Origin: an uncultured Lachnospiraceae bacterium
GTDB taxonomy: Bacteria; Bacillota; Clostridia; Lachnospirales; Vallitaleaceae
Length of the DNA stretch: 64,000 bases
Direction: 5' to 3'
Assembly (NCBI GenBank): GCA_963550755.1
Contig: CAUVDV010000001.1
Coordinates: forward strand, 2,721 to 66,720
This document shows, one piece after another, positions 43,757 to 52,709 of this stretch (positions within the stretch are counted from its first letter, which is position 1; every line of letters starts with the position of its first letter). A model generated the notes under the pieces. That model was given only the letters and a program-made list of their open reading frames with translations. It was not told the DNA's origin and did no database searches. A program made the position numbers and the translations under genes.

Positions 43757-44926
43757 TTAGCGCTTAATGACATCAATTGGAGAAAAATAGGTAGGAATAA
43801 AAATCGTCGGATCCATTCCCCCGCGAAACATAGGCTCGCCAAGTGTTGTATGCCGAAATCCGCCAAAAATCGCCCCCGGCAGGTAAGCATATAGCTGGCC
43901 TAAAAATTCCCAGCCTTCCATTGGCAACGGCAGCGGGCAATAGCGTACAGGTGCAGTAATGCCAATTTTTTCCGGTTTTTCATCGCAAAAAAGCAAAATC
44001 TCCCTGTCATCTCGGTTTACCATAGCATTAATTGCCGCAATCACATTCGATGCACTTTTATCCCGGCTGTTTAGCAATACTAAGCTGGCAATTTCGGAAC
44101 CGCATCTCATAAAGCAATTGACATGCATATAATTCTCACTATCTACCACAGCACAGGGATCACCAGATAGTTCTACAATTTTGGCCTGAATAAATTTAGC
44201 CGCCCAGAACATAGGACCATTCCCAAGAATTTCAATATAGTTCTTATCCAGCCAATGAATAGCCGCGGCAAAGCAAGCGTTATCTATTGTCTGCCATTGC
44301 GCGAAAAAATGATCATGATAAGTTTGAACCTGTTCCCGTAATGGAGCCAACAAGTCTTCTTCTTTTCGTTCTTCCGCCATAGCCGCGGCCAAAATGATTA
44401 GACTGACCACATTCACATAATAGGTGCGCAGACCGGCATTATTATCTCCCGGCGGGCAATTCAAATAATATAAAATATCCGCTTCCTTGGCCGTTAATGA
44501 CTTCACACTGCTGGTCATAGCAAGGGTAGTAATGCCATGGCGACGGCACTGCCGCAAAGCTTCAACTGTTCGAAAAATTTCCCCGGAAACGCTAATAAAT
44601 ACTGCAAGCGTATCTTTTTCCTCTTGGCGGAACGGATAATGCCGGCTAAGTTCAATCGCTTCTACCGCCTCAAACTCTACCTCCGGCAGATAATAAGCAA
44701 AAGCTTCTTTTACAGCAAAGGCCGCCAAATTAGAGTCACCGCAGCCGGTCGCCAATATTCTTTTGGCTTGACGTACCGCCGGGTTTTTCACTACCGCCTG
44801 AACCTGAGCGGCAGCTCGGTCAAATTGGTTCATCGTCAAAGGATCCACATCCATGCATTGGGCGTAAAAACTATCCTGAAAATAAAACTTCCGGTAATAC
44901 TTTTCATCATTTAATCGTTTATACAT
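43757..44926 (-). CDS. SIS-domain protein (paralogue 4)
   Basis: TGCGDSNLAA, SVSGE, AGLRTYY, AKIVE, DSENYMH. Confidence 0.85.
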   Translation of the reverse strand: MYKRLNDEKYYRKFYFQDSFYAQCMDVDPLTMNQFDRAAAQVQAVVKNPAVRQAKRILATGCGDSNLAAFAVKEAFAYYLPEVEFEAVEAIELSRHYPFRQEEKDTLAVFISVSGEIFRTVEALRQCRRHGITTLAMTSSVKSLTAKEADILYYLNCPPGDNNAGLRTYYVNVVSLIILAAAMAEERKEEDLLAPLREQVQTYHDHFFAQWQTIDNACFAAAIHWLDKNYIEILGNGPMFWAAKFIQAKIVELSGDPCAVVDSENYMHVNCFMRCGSEIASLVLLNSRDKSASNVIAAINAMVNRDDREILLFCDEKPEKIGITAPVRYCPLPLPMEGWEFLGQLYAYLPGAIFGGFRHTTLGEPMFRGGMDPTIFIPTYFSPIDVIKR

Positions 44927-44934
44927 ATTGCCTC

Positions 44935-46143
44935 CTATACGCTTTTATTCCATGTTTGATTACGAAAATCATAACGCCCGTTAAAGAAAAACCGTTCATT
45001 TACAGCCGCCTGGTATCCCGCTAAAAGGGCGCCGGGAATAAAATCAATTATTGGGGACATCCACCGCTCCGGCGCTGCAGGAAGCTGACAAACAATAGGT
45101 TTTTCTGTGCTTTCTGCGACTTTGTCAGCAATCGCAAAATGGTTTAAAAAACTTACCGGTATGTCCAGTTTCTTCGGGCAAATCTCAAATTTCTGCGGAT
45201 CAGCGTCCGTCACCACTAAAGTCGGACGATGCTGTTTCAAACAACCACCTATGGTATCCTGCATTCGGCTTAAGCTGGGATCGGCCGCATTGACCATGAC
45301 TATCATACCGTAAGTACTGGGATCACGCTGAAAGAAACTGATATGGGCAAACTCCTCCGACGTGGTATGATCGCAAAACACACCGCCGCATTCAATAAAC
45401 TTTTGCTCAACAAACTGCGCGGAAAACCCCTCATTCCAGTCTGCAATTATTTCAAATTTACGCAAATCTTTCATTTTTACAGCCAAATTAAACATTTGCT
45501 CATCAATTATGTCAATTTGTGCCAAAAAGCGAAGAGTATAATCGCTGATTTGATTTTTTATTTGCATAAATCGGTTTTCTGTCAAACAGCCTTTGCATAA
45601 TCCCAGATATGCTCCTATGGCCGAAAGAGCCACTAAGCTAGCATAATAAGAACGCAAGCCAGGAGTGTTGCATCCAGCTGGAGTTTCCACGTTAAAGACA
45701 TGGCCGGCTACTGCGCCAGCCTTGGAATCACTAACCCGCGTAATCAGTAAAGAATGGGCACCGACTTCATTGGCTCGTACTAACGCTTCCGCCGCTTGGA
45801 CGGAATTGCCGCTAAAGCTAACTGCTATAACTAAAACCTCCTCCGGACGGTAACCCTTGCAAATTTTCGCGTCGGAATAAAATCGGCAAAAATCGATGGC
45901 ATCCGGCGCATTGCAAGCAGGAATCCCACTAAGCTGCATCAATGCCAGCCGCATAGCCCCCGCCGCAGAATAGGAATCTCCGCAGCCAGTAACGATGATT
46001 CGCTTAATTTGAGCGGCTGTTTCCGAATTGAGCATTCCTTCCATTTTTTTTCGATCAAAGCACTTATCGGCTTGAATCCTAGCAATCTCTCTCAACTCAA
46101 ACACCTGGATGGTAATGGAGTTGAAATATTGTTTTTTATCCAT
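44935..46143 (-). CDS. SIS-domain protein (paralogue 5)
   Basis: TGCGDSYSAA, SFSGN, PGLRSYY, QKFIE, TSEEFAH. Confidence 0.85.
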   Translation of the reverse strand: MDKKQYFNSITIQVFELREIARIQADKCFDRKKMEGMLNSETAAQIKRIIVTGCGDSYSAAGAMRLALMQLSGIPACNAPDAIDFCRFYSDAKICKGYRPEEVLVIAVSFSGNSVQAAEALVRANEVGAHSLLITRVSDSKAGAVAGHVFNVETPAGCNTPGLRSYYASLVALSAIGAYLGLCKGCLTENRFMQIKNQISDYTLRFLAQIDIIDEQMFNLAVKMKDLRKFEIIADWNEGFSAQFVEQKFIECGGVFCDHTTSEEFAHISFFQRDPSTYGMIVMVNAADPSLSRMQDTIGGCLKQHRPTLVVTDADPQKFEICPKKLDIPVSFLNHFAIADKVAESTEKPIVCQLPAAPERWMSPIIDFIPGALLAGYQAAVNERFFFNGRYDFRNQTWNKSV

Positions 46144-46166
46144 ATTTTCCTCCTGATTTCCACAGA

Positions 46167-47114
46167 CTATAAACTATATTTTACTTTGTAGAAAGCATAC
46201 AGTTCTTTTACCTGTTTCTTGGCTTCTTCCCGAACGGCTTCAAAATCAGGAATCACGCCAAATTGCCGAATATTTTGTCCAGCCGCTACATTAGCCATAA
46301 CACCAATCATTAAAGGATCATATCCTTCCACAAAAGCATATAAAGCCGCACCCGTAGAGGTGTTTCCACAGCCTGTCGGATCCACTACCGGTCCCGGCGC
46401 CGGTGCCAGCAAATAAGCCTGCTCCGGTGTTACCGCATACAGCCCTCGTTCCCCTACCCGAAACAGCGTAAACTCTACCGGCAATTTTTGCAGATTTTTT
46501 ATGCAGGCTTCATCACCCTCTACCGCAAAAAGATTTTGCGCTTCCCGAAGATTAATGGAAAAGATATCTGCATACTGACAGGCATATCTGACCTTATTTA
46601 AAAATTTCAATTGCGCGCTTGGCCCTTCTATTTCCCACATGATTTTAAAACCATCTCGCGCTTTGATTTTGCCCAATTGATCCCAAAACACCCGGTCACA
46701 ATTTTGAGCCAAATAAATTCCTTTCGTATCTCCTTCACCGGTAAAATCCGAAAAATCCGCCGGCGAGGTTTTCATATAACCTAAGTTCTGCATCCATTCA
46801 CTAACAAATCCCACATCATTAAATTGATCCGAACCATAGGTCCCATCAGAAAAATAAGTCAAACTAGTGTGGTTGCAGTGATCGCTGACCACTTTTAATC
46901 CTCGGGTTTCAATCTTGTTTTTTGCCACCCAGGGATCAAACAACTCATGATAATCTTCCCCCAGCCGGCTGCACTGTATAACATCATCGGTAAAAAGCTT
47001 AACCCCGCTGTAAGCAAACGTAGCCGGGCCGCCAATACTTTCTCGCCGGTGCTTTGTACCATCCGCAAAGCAAACTGAATCCAGCATAACATTTCCGCCA
47101 ATCACATATTTCAT
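46167..47114 (-). CDS. PfkB/ribokinase-family protein (Mak32-like motif)
   Basis: IGGPATFA, SINLREA, RVGERGL and VDPTGCGN motifs. Confidence 0.85.
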   Translation of the reverse strand: MKYVIGGNVMLDSVCFADGTKHRRESIGGPATFAYSGVKLFTDDVIQCSRLGEDYHELFDPWVAKNKIETRGLKVVSDHCNHTSLTYFSDGTYGSDQFNDVGFVSEWMQNLGYMKTSPADFSDFTGEGDTKGIYLAQNCDRVFWDQLGKIKARDGFKIMWEIEGPSAQLKFLNKVRYACQYADIFSINLREAQNLFAVEGDEACIKNLQKLPVEFTLFRVGERGLYAVTPEQAYLLAPAPGPVVDPTGCGNTSTGAALYAFVEGYDPLMIGVMANVAAGQNIRQFGVIPDFEAVREEAKKQVKELYAFYKVKYSL

Positions 47115-47129
47115 AGGCGTTTTCTCCTC

Positions 47130-48110
47130 TCAGCTATTATTTTTTGATTCGACTATTTTCCTGTTCCTTTCTTCATCCTCGGCCAGCTTACGCCGAGCCT
47201 CTTTCAAACGCCGTTCCTCATCCCTTGAACGATACGCGCTGACAATAAAGTACAGCACAATAATTAGCAGAAAGGGCAGCGCTGACAAAAAGTAAGAATC
47301 AACAATATAAGGCTTTAAATAATTAGTGATCGCATAAGCCAAACCAAAGAAGAAACTCATAATGGTTGCGCCTACCGGCATACCGTTGCCAATAGTAGCC
47401 GCCGCCATCCCGACAAAACCGCGGTTTGCCGTCATATTCCGAATAAAAAAATTATTATAGCCCATAGACAAATACATACCGCCTAAGCTGCCAATAGCGG
47501 CCGCCAGCACAAAGGCCAAAGTATAAATTTTTCGCGGATTAATCCCTACGGATTCCGCCGCTTTGGGATTTTGTCCAGACGCTCGAATCCGTAAACCCAA
47601 TTTAGTCCGAAACAGCAGAAACCAGACGACAAATACCATTACCAAAGCGATATAAGTAAACAGATTATGCCCAGAAATAATAGCCCCCAGAATAGGAATA
47701 TCCTTGATCAAAGGAATATCAATATTTCCTAATGAAAGGCTCTGAACCACTCCGGCAGTGGTATTTTTTGTTCCTGTCGCCAAATAAACCACAAAAACCG
47801 TTCCCGCCACCAAAGACATGTTCAAGGAAATAGACATCAGATATAAATCGACTTTCATAACAAAGCTGGCGAAACACAGAAACAGCGCTAAAATAATCGA
47901 GCATATCATCCCGCAAAAAATACCCAGCCACACATTCTGAAATAACGCGCTAAACATAACTCCAGCTAAAGAAGAGGTCAGCATCATCGCCTCTGCGGCC
48001 ATGTTTAAAAGACCCGCCTGTTGCGAAATGGTAGAACAAAGGGCAACAAAAATCAAGGGCGTAGAAATGCGAATCAAGGAATAGATGAAGTTCGTAATAT
48101 AAACCAGCAT
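47130..48110 (-). CDS. nucleoside/sugar (CUT2) ABC transporter permease
   Basis: TPLIFVAL...QAGLLNMAAE, TKLGLRIRASGQNPKAAESVGIN and NMTANRGF. Confidence 0.92.
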   Translation of the reverse strand: MLVYITNFIYSLIRISTPLIFVALCSTISQQAGLLNMAAEAMMLTSSLAGVMFSALFQNVWLGIFCGMICSIILALFLCFASFVMKVDLYLMSISLNMSLVAGTVFVVYLATGTKNTTAGVVQSLSLGNIDIPLIKDIPILGAIISGHNLFTYIALVMVFVVWFLLFRTKLGLRIRASGQNPKAAESVGINPRKIYTLAFVLAAAIGSLGGMYLSMGYNNFFIRNMTANRGFVGMAAATIGNGMPVGATIMSFFFGLAYAITNYLKPYIVDSYFLSALPFLLIIVLYFIVSAYRSRDEERRLKEARRKLAEDEERNRKIVESKNNS

Positions 48111-49219
48111 TATGCCACATCTCCTTTCTTAGCTTCCGCCCGGCGGGAAATATCAAAAATAACCTTCCGCCGAATCCCGCCCAAAAATTCTTCCGCCGCT
48201 ACAAACAGGATAATTACCGAGGAGAGCATAGTAACCAATTCAATCGGAATATTGGTATTAGCATTTAAGACTGCTGCTGCCTGCCGGATATAAGCCATAA
48301 CAAAGGCTGTAATCGGTACATATATAGGCTTTTTCTTCGCCATAACCGCTACCAAGAGGCCATCCATTCCAACGTTAGTGAGCATGGACAAAAAGTAAGA
48401 ATCATACAGTCCAAAAACCTCAACCGCAGCCGCCGCGCCGGCAAATAAACCGCCAATAAGCTGAGCCAGATACATCATTTTTTTGGCATTAATTCCGGAA
48501 TAAACAGCAAACAACAAGTTATCGCCGCAAATTCGAATCTTAACCCCCAAAGGCGTGCGGTAAAAAATGAAAAGACCAATCGCCACGCCAATCAGCGCCA
48601 CCCAAAAGCCACCCGTGAAGTTGCTGCCATTCCAATAACGGGTAAAGCGCATATTATCCGGATAGTTGGCTGTGCTTAGGAAAGACACGCTTCGATCGGC
48701 TACCGTACCTTTTAAAACCCAAAGAGCAGCATATAAGCAAAACATATTCATGATGGTAGAGGTCACCATTTCATTGGCTCCCAAATGTTCCCGGCCAAAC
48801 GCCGGAATCATTAGAATAACGGCACCAGTAATCATACAGATGAGCACGATAATCGTCAGGTTTAAAACCTTAGGCAGCCCAGGCATGCTGTTCAACCCAA
48901 AAGTAGTGCCAAACATCAACAGCAATACCGGCATAGGCGCTAAGTTAATAGCGCCTTCGCCCGCCAAATTCAGCCGGCCAGCGGCGTAAATATAACACAT
49001 TCCCATGCCCGTCAGCATATATGATGCCCATTTAGCCATGACGTGACCAAAACGGCGTTTGGTCATAAAGGGACCAATCATAAAATTTCGAACTGCTTCA
49101 CCGGCATCTGAACCACTCATGGCAACGATAACGGCCACGCAAATTAAAAACGCAATTACAATCCCCAAAAATACCCGTAAGAACTCAAAAAAGGAATCCA
49201 CTCTCTCAACTTTTTTCAA
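48110..49219 (-). CDS. nucleoside/sugar (CUT2) ABC transporter permease
   Basis: AGRLNLAGEG, ANEMVTSTIMN, TPLGVKIRICG and GMDGLLVA. Confidence 0.92.
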   Translation of the reverse strand: MKKVERVDSFFEFLRVFLGIVIAFLICVAVIVAMSGSDAGEAVRNFMIGPFMTKRRFGHVMAKWASYMLTGMGMCYIYAAGRLNLAGEGAINLAPMPVLLLMFGTTFGLNSMPGLPKVLNLTIIVLICMITGAVILMIPAFGREHLGANEMVTSTIMNMFCLYAALWVLKGTVADRSVSFLSTANYPDNMRFTRYWNGSNFTGGFWVALIGVAIGLFIFYRTPLGVKIRICGDNLLFAVYSGINAKKMMYLAQLIGGLFAGAAAAVEVFGLYDSYFLSMLTNVGMDGLLVAVMAKKKPIYVPITAFVMAYIRQAAAVLNANTNIPIELVTMLSSVIILFVAAEEFLGGIRRKVIFDISRRAEAKKGDVA

Positions 49220-50766
49220 AACAAATCCCCCATTTCTTCTGGCGCCATAACCTTAAGGCCCAGCATATACTCGCCAAGTTCATCGGTAGTGAGCTTTTTA
49301 AGATCCGTAAACTGTGCCGCAAACCTGCCTTTGTGCATTACCAAAAGTCGATCGGAAACTTCCATGATTTCATTCAAATCGGAAGAAATCAATAAAGAGC
49401 CATAGTTTTTTTCCCTGGTATACCGGACCAACAGTCTACGAATTAAATCTGTCGTTCCAATATCAATTCCGCGAGTAGGTTGATTCGCCAGAATAAAGTT
49501 TGCTCCGCTGCAAAACTCTCGAGCAATAATGACTTTTTGAATATTTCCGCCAGACAGAAAACGGACGGATGATCTGCTGCCGGTACAGGCAATTTCAAAT
49601 TCCTGAATACACTTATCTACAAACTGATTCAATTCGCGTGTATTTAAAAATAAGCCTTTTTTAAACTTTTTATTTTCCAAATAAATAGATGCAATATTAT
49701 CCCAAACCGATAAATTAGGGGCAATGCCATACTTCATCCGATCTTCAGAAATATGAGCCAAACCCAACTGGCGAATTTGTTTAATCGTTTTTCCGGTCGT
49801 TTCCGTACCATTAAGAACAATCCTGCCATCTGTTCGGGAAAGTAAACCGGATATGATTTCGGATAATTCTGTTTGCCCATTTCCTTCTACGCCGGCAATG
49901 CCGACTACCTCTCCGGCTCGAACACCAAACGTCACATCATTTAACACACGCTTGCCGATATCGTTCACATAATTCAATTTATCTACATGAAAAATCGTTT
50001 CCTTCGGCTGAACCTTGTCTTTTTCTATTTCCAAAACTACGTCCCGTTCTACCATCATCCGCGAAAGCGCCACTGCGTTCAAATCCTTGATTTCTCCCCG
50101 ACCGGTGACCCGGCCGTGGCGCAAAACCGTGCAGCGATCACATAATTCAATGACTTCCTCCAGCTTATGCGAAATAAAAATAATGCCATAGCCCTGTTCC
50201 CGAAGTAATTTCAATTGAACAAACAGTTCCCTGGTTTCCTGCGGAGTCAAAACAGCAGTCGGCTCATCCAAAATTAAAACCCGGGCGCCGCGAATCAATG
50301 CTTTTAGCAGCTCTACTTTCTGCTTATAACCCACACTAAGATCGCGGATTAACATGCTAGGGTCAACACCTAACTGGTACTTATCAGCAGCCTCCTGTAC
50401 CATTTGTATTGCTTTTTTGCTGTCATATACCTGTCCACGGCCAGGCTCCATACCAAGCATAATATTATCCGCAACGGATAAATTGGGCACCAGCATAAAA
50501 TGTTGATGCACCATGCCAATACCCTTGGCAATGGCATCTAATGGATTGGAAATTTTGGTTTCAACGCCATTAATCAATATCTTTCCTTCCTGACAAGTTT
50601 CGTGTCCAAATAAGATTTTCATTAATGTCGTTTTACCGGCTCCATTTTCGCCAATTAATGCATGAATCTCTCCTGCGTTCACAGCCAAAGTAACATCTTT
50701 GTTTGCCATAAAACCGTTGGGGTAAACCTTGGTAATACCCTCCATTTTTAGAAGTTCTTTAGGCAT
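49216..50766 (-). CDS. dual-domain ABC ATPase of a nucleoside-type CUT2 transporter
   Basis: GEIHALIGENGAGKTT, GIGMVHQHFML, GIAGVEGNGQTEL, LSGGNIQK and NQPTRGID. Confidence 0.95.
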   Translation of the reverse strand: MPKELLKMEGITKVYPNGFMANKDVTLAVNAGEIHALIGENGAGKTTLMKILFGHETCQEGKILINGVETKISNPLDAIAKGIGMVHQHFMLVPNLSVADNIMLGMEPGRGQVYDSKKAIQMVQEAADKYQLGVDPSMLIRDLSVGYKQKVELLKALIRGARVLILDEPTAVLTPQETRELFVQLKLLREQGYGIIFISHKLEEVIELCDRCTVLRHGRVTGRGEIKDLNAVALSRMMVERDVVLEIEKDKVQPKETIFHVDKLNYVNDIGKRVLNDVTFGVRAGEVVGIAGVEGNGQTELSEIISGLLSRTDGRIVLNGTETTGKTIKQIRQLGLAHISEDRMKYGIAPNLSVWDNIASIYLENKKFKKGLFLNTRELNQFVDKCIQEFEIACTGSRSSVRFLSGGNIQKVIIAREFCSGANFILANQPTRGIDIGTTDLIRRLLVRYTREKNYGSLLISSDLNEIMEVSDRLLVMHKGRFAAQFTDLKKLTTDELGEYMLGLKVMAPEEMGDLF

Positions 50767-50793
50767 TTGCGGACTCCTCCTCAAACGAATAAA

Positions 50794-50815
50794 CGAGCGG
50801 CGATTCCGCCGCTCG
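50794..50815 (-). terminator. intra-operon stem-loop after the binding-protein gene
   Basis: Perfect 9-bp stem cgagcggcg-attc-cgccgctcg, followed on the minus strand by tttattcgttt. Confidence 0.6.
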
Positions 50816-50849
50816 CCCTTTTAAAAAGCATTTATTTATCAGCACATAT

Positions 50850-52037
50850 TTATTTTGTAAATTCAACGTCAATGTTATCGCGATAATTTGCAAAAGCATC
50901 ATAAGAGGGGAAGTCAAAATAAGAAACAACTTTGATCTCTCCGCTGGCAATCTTTGCAGAAATATTAGAAATCTGTTTCTGAACATCTTCCGGTGTATTC
51001 TGCTTATACCAGTCATTTTCCACTAAGCCTGTACCGCCTTCGGCAATACCATAAACATGATTGCCCGGTTTAATCCCACTGGCCTCTCCATTAATATTTT
51101 TCAACAACAGCGCCACACAAGGTTCAATATTTTTTAACATGGAAGTAACCATTGATTTATACCCTTGAACATCGCCAACGGTTTCAAAATAGGTGTACTG
51201 ATCATAATCAGTTCCAATAATGAACTTTCCTTTTTCATAGCCGCCTTTTTCATCCGCCGCCTGCATTGCTCCCAGTGAAACAGAAGCGCCAACATTATAC
51301 ACATAGTCACAGCCATTATCCATAACAACATTCACGGACTCATAATCGCCTTGGACAGTAAGTTCACCCATGTAGGTATACATAGAATCAACATTCAATC
51401 CCATATTTTTTCTGGCATGCTTTACGCCGCACAGCCAGCCCACACCAAAATCGTTACAAATAGGCACATCCACATTGATAACACAGCCGACTTTACCGGA
51501 CTTTGTCATCAAGGCCGAATAAACGCCAGCTAAAAAAGAACCTTCATTTTGGGCAAAAGAAACACCATAAATATTATCAGTCCCACTGAAATCCGTAGAA
51601 GGAGACGTATCATACAAAATAAAAGTAGTGTCAGCCCACTCACCGCTCTTGGACTTTTCAATAATAGTATCCGAAATATACCAGCCCATTGCCATGACAA
51701 AGTCATAATGTTTTGTGTCCAAAGCATCAATTAAAGAATTCACAGCCTGCGAACTATCATTGCCATATTCAACCAAAGTTACGTCATAGCCATATTTTTC
51801 TTTAGCTGCCTGTGCTGCCCGCCAACCCATATCAGCCAAGCCAAAGTCTCCAATATAAGCGGCATAATACAACATTGTTTTGCCAGAAGCTGGCTTTTCA
51901 TTTCCCGTATCTGCAGGATTCTTGGTATCGGTGGACTCCTTCGCCTCAGGCGCAGTCTTTTTATCTTCGCTCTGGGTGCAAGATATCAGACTCATACACA
52001 TGACAAACATCAAAACAATTGCCAATCCTTTTTTCAT
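50850..52037 (-). CDS. BMP-family ABC substrate-binding lipoprotein
   Basis: Lipobox LISC; FAQNEGSFLAG, TKSGKVG, IIGTDYDQ, TSMLKN and KIASGEIKV. Confidence 0.92.
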   Translation of the reverse strand: MKKGLAIVLMFVMCMSLISCTQSEDKKTAPEAKESTDTKNPADTGNEKPASGKTMLYYAAYIGDFGLADMGWRAAQAAKEKYGYDVTLVEYGNDSSQAVNSLIDALDTKHYDFVMAMGWYISDTIIEKSKSGEWADTTFILYDTSPSTDFSGTDNIYGVSFAQNEGSFLAGVYSALMTKSGKVGCVINVDVPICNDFGVGWLCGVKHARKNMGLNVDSMYTYMGELTVQGDYESVNVVMDNGCDYVYNVGASVSLGAMQAADEKGGYEKGKFIIGTDYDQYTYFETVGDVQGYKSMVTSMLKNIEPCVALLLKNINGEASGIKPGNHVYGIAEGGTGLVENDWYKQNTPEDVQKQISNISAKIASGEIKVVSYFDFPSYDAFANYRDNIDVEFTK

Positions 52038-52147
52038 ATTTTCCCTCCTGTTTAATTATTTGCTTTGCTTCAACGCTCCGAAACGTTAATATTATGTTCA
52101 TATTATGCGCATTTATATGTTCCGTTTTTTAAAAAAATCATATCAAG

Positions 52148-52185
52148 CATTTTTCAAACATTTTTCAAACATTTTTCAAACATTT
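52148..52185. repeat. 11-bp tandem repeat CATTTTTCAAA x3 upstream of the catabolic operon
   Basis: catttttcaaa catttttcaaa catttttcaaa cattt. Confidence 0.8.
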
Positions 52186-52477
52186 ATAGATAAATATTTT
52201 GTTGCTCACATATCGAATCAGGAAGTAATTTTCATGCATTTTACACAATGCTTCTTTTTCTTTTCTTGTTTTTTTGTTTGTTATTATCCTACACGCTTTC
52301 CAACAGGAAGTCAATATGTTTTTTTATATACACACAAAGTCGAATTTAAATGTTCTTTTTGTTTTCTTTTTTGTCTTTTTCCTTGTTCGAAATGCTGTGT
52401 TTTTATTTGTTGTTTTGTGCAGTTTGCATTTTGTCTCAACATTGACAGCGTCCAAATGAGCGTTTGAAAATCCAATG

Positions 52478-52537
52478 TAGACAATTTCAAATTGTTCTGC
52501 TATAATAATTATATAATGCTTTTGTTCACAGCGAACA
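52478..52537 (+). promoter_or_regulatory. promoter for the DeoR regulator plus downstream palindromic candidate operator
   Basis: TAGACA-N17-TATAAT with extended TG; TGTTC-N5-GAACA at 52523-52537. Confidence 0.6.
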
Positions 52538-52709
52538 TTTTTGTATCCTAAGAACTTAATTTTCGCATATTTTTAAAATCATCTTCTGCACTTGCTGAAA
52601 ATTATCTTATTGGCACAATATTGATCTTTCCCAGCTGAATTTTCCGCTCGCTTTTTAACCGTAAAGCCTAACGTATAAACCCTATTTAATGTAGAACGAG
52701 GAAATTGAA

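Noticed and set aside
52105..52467. 120-aa Phe/Cys-rich ORF in the control region
   Set aside because: An artefact of T-rich intergenic DNA.
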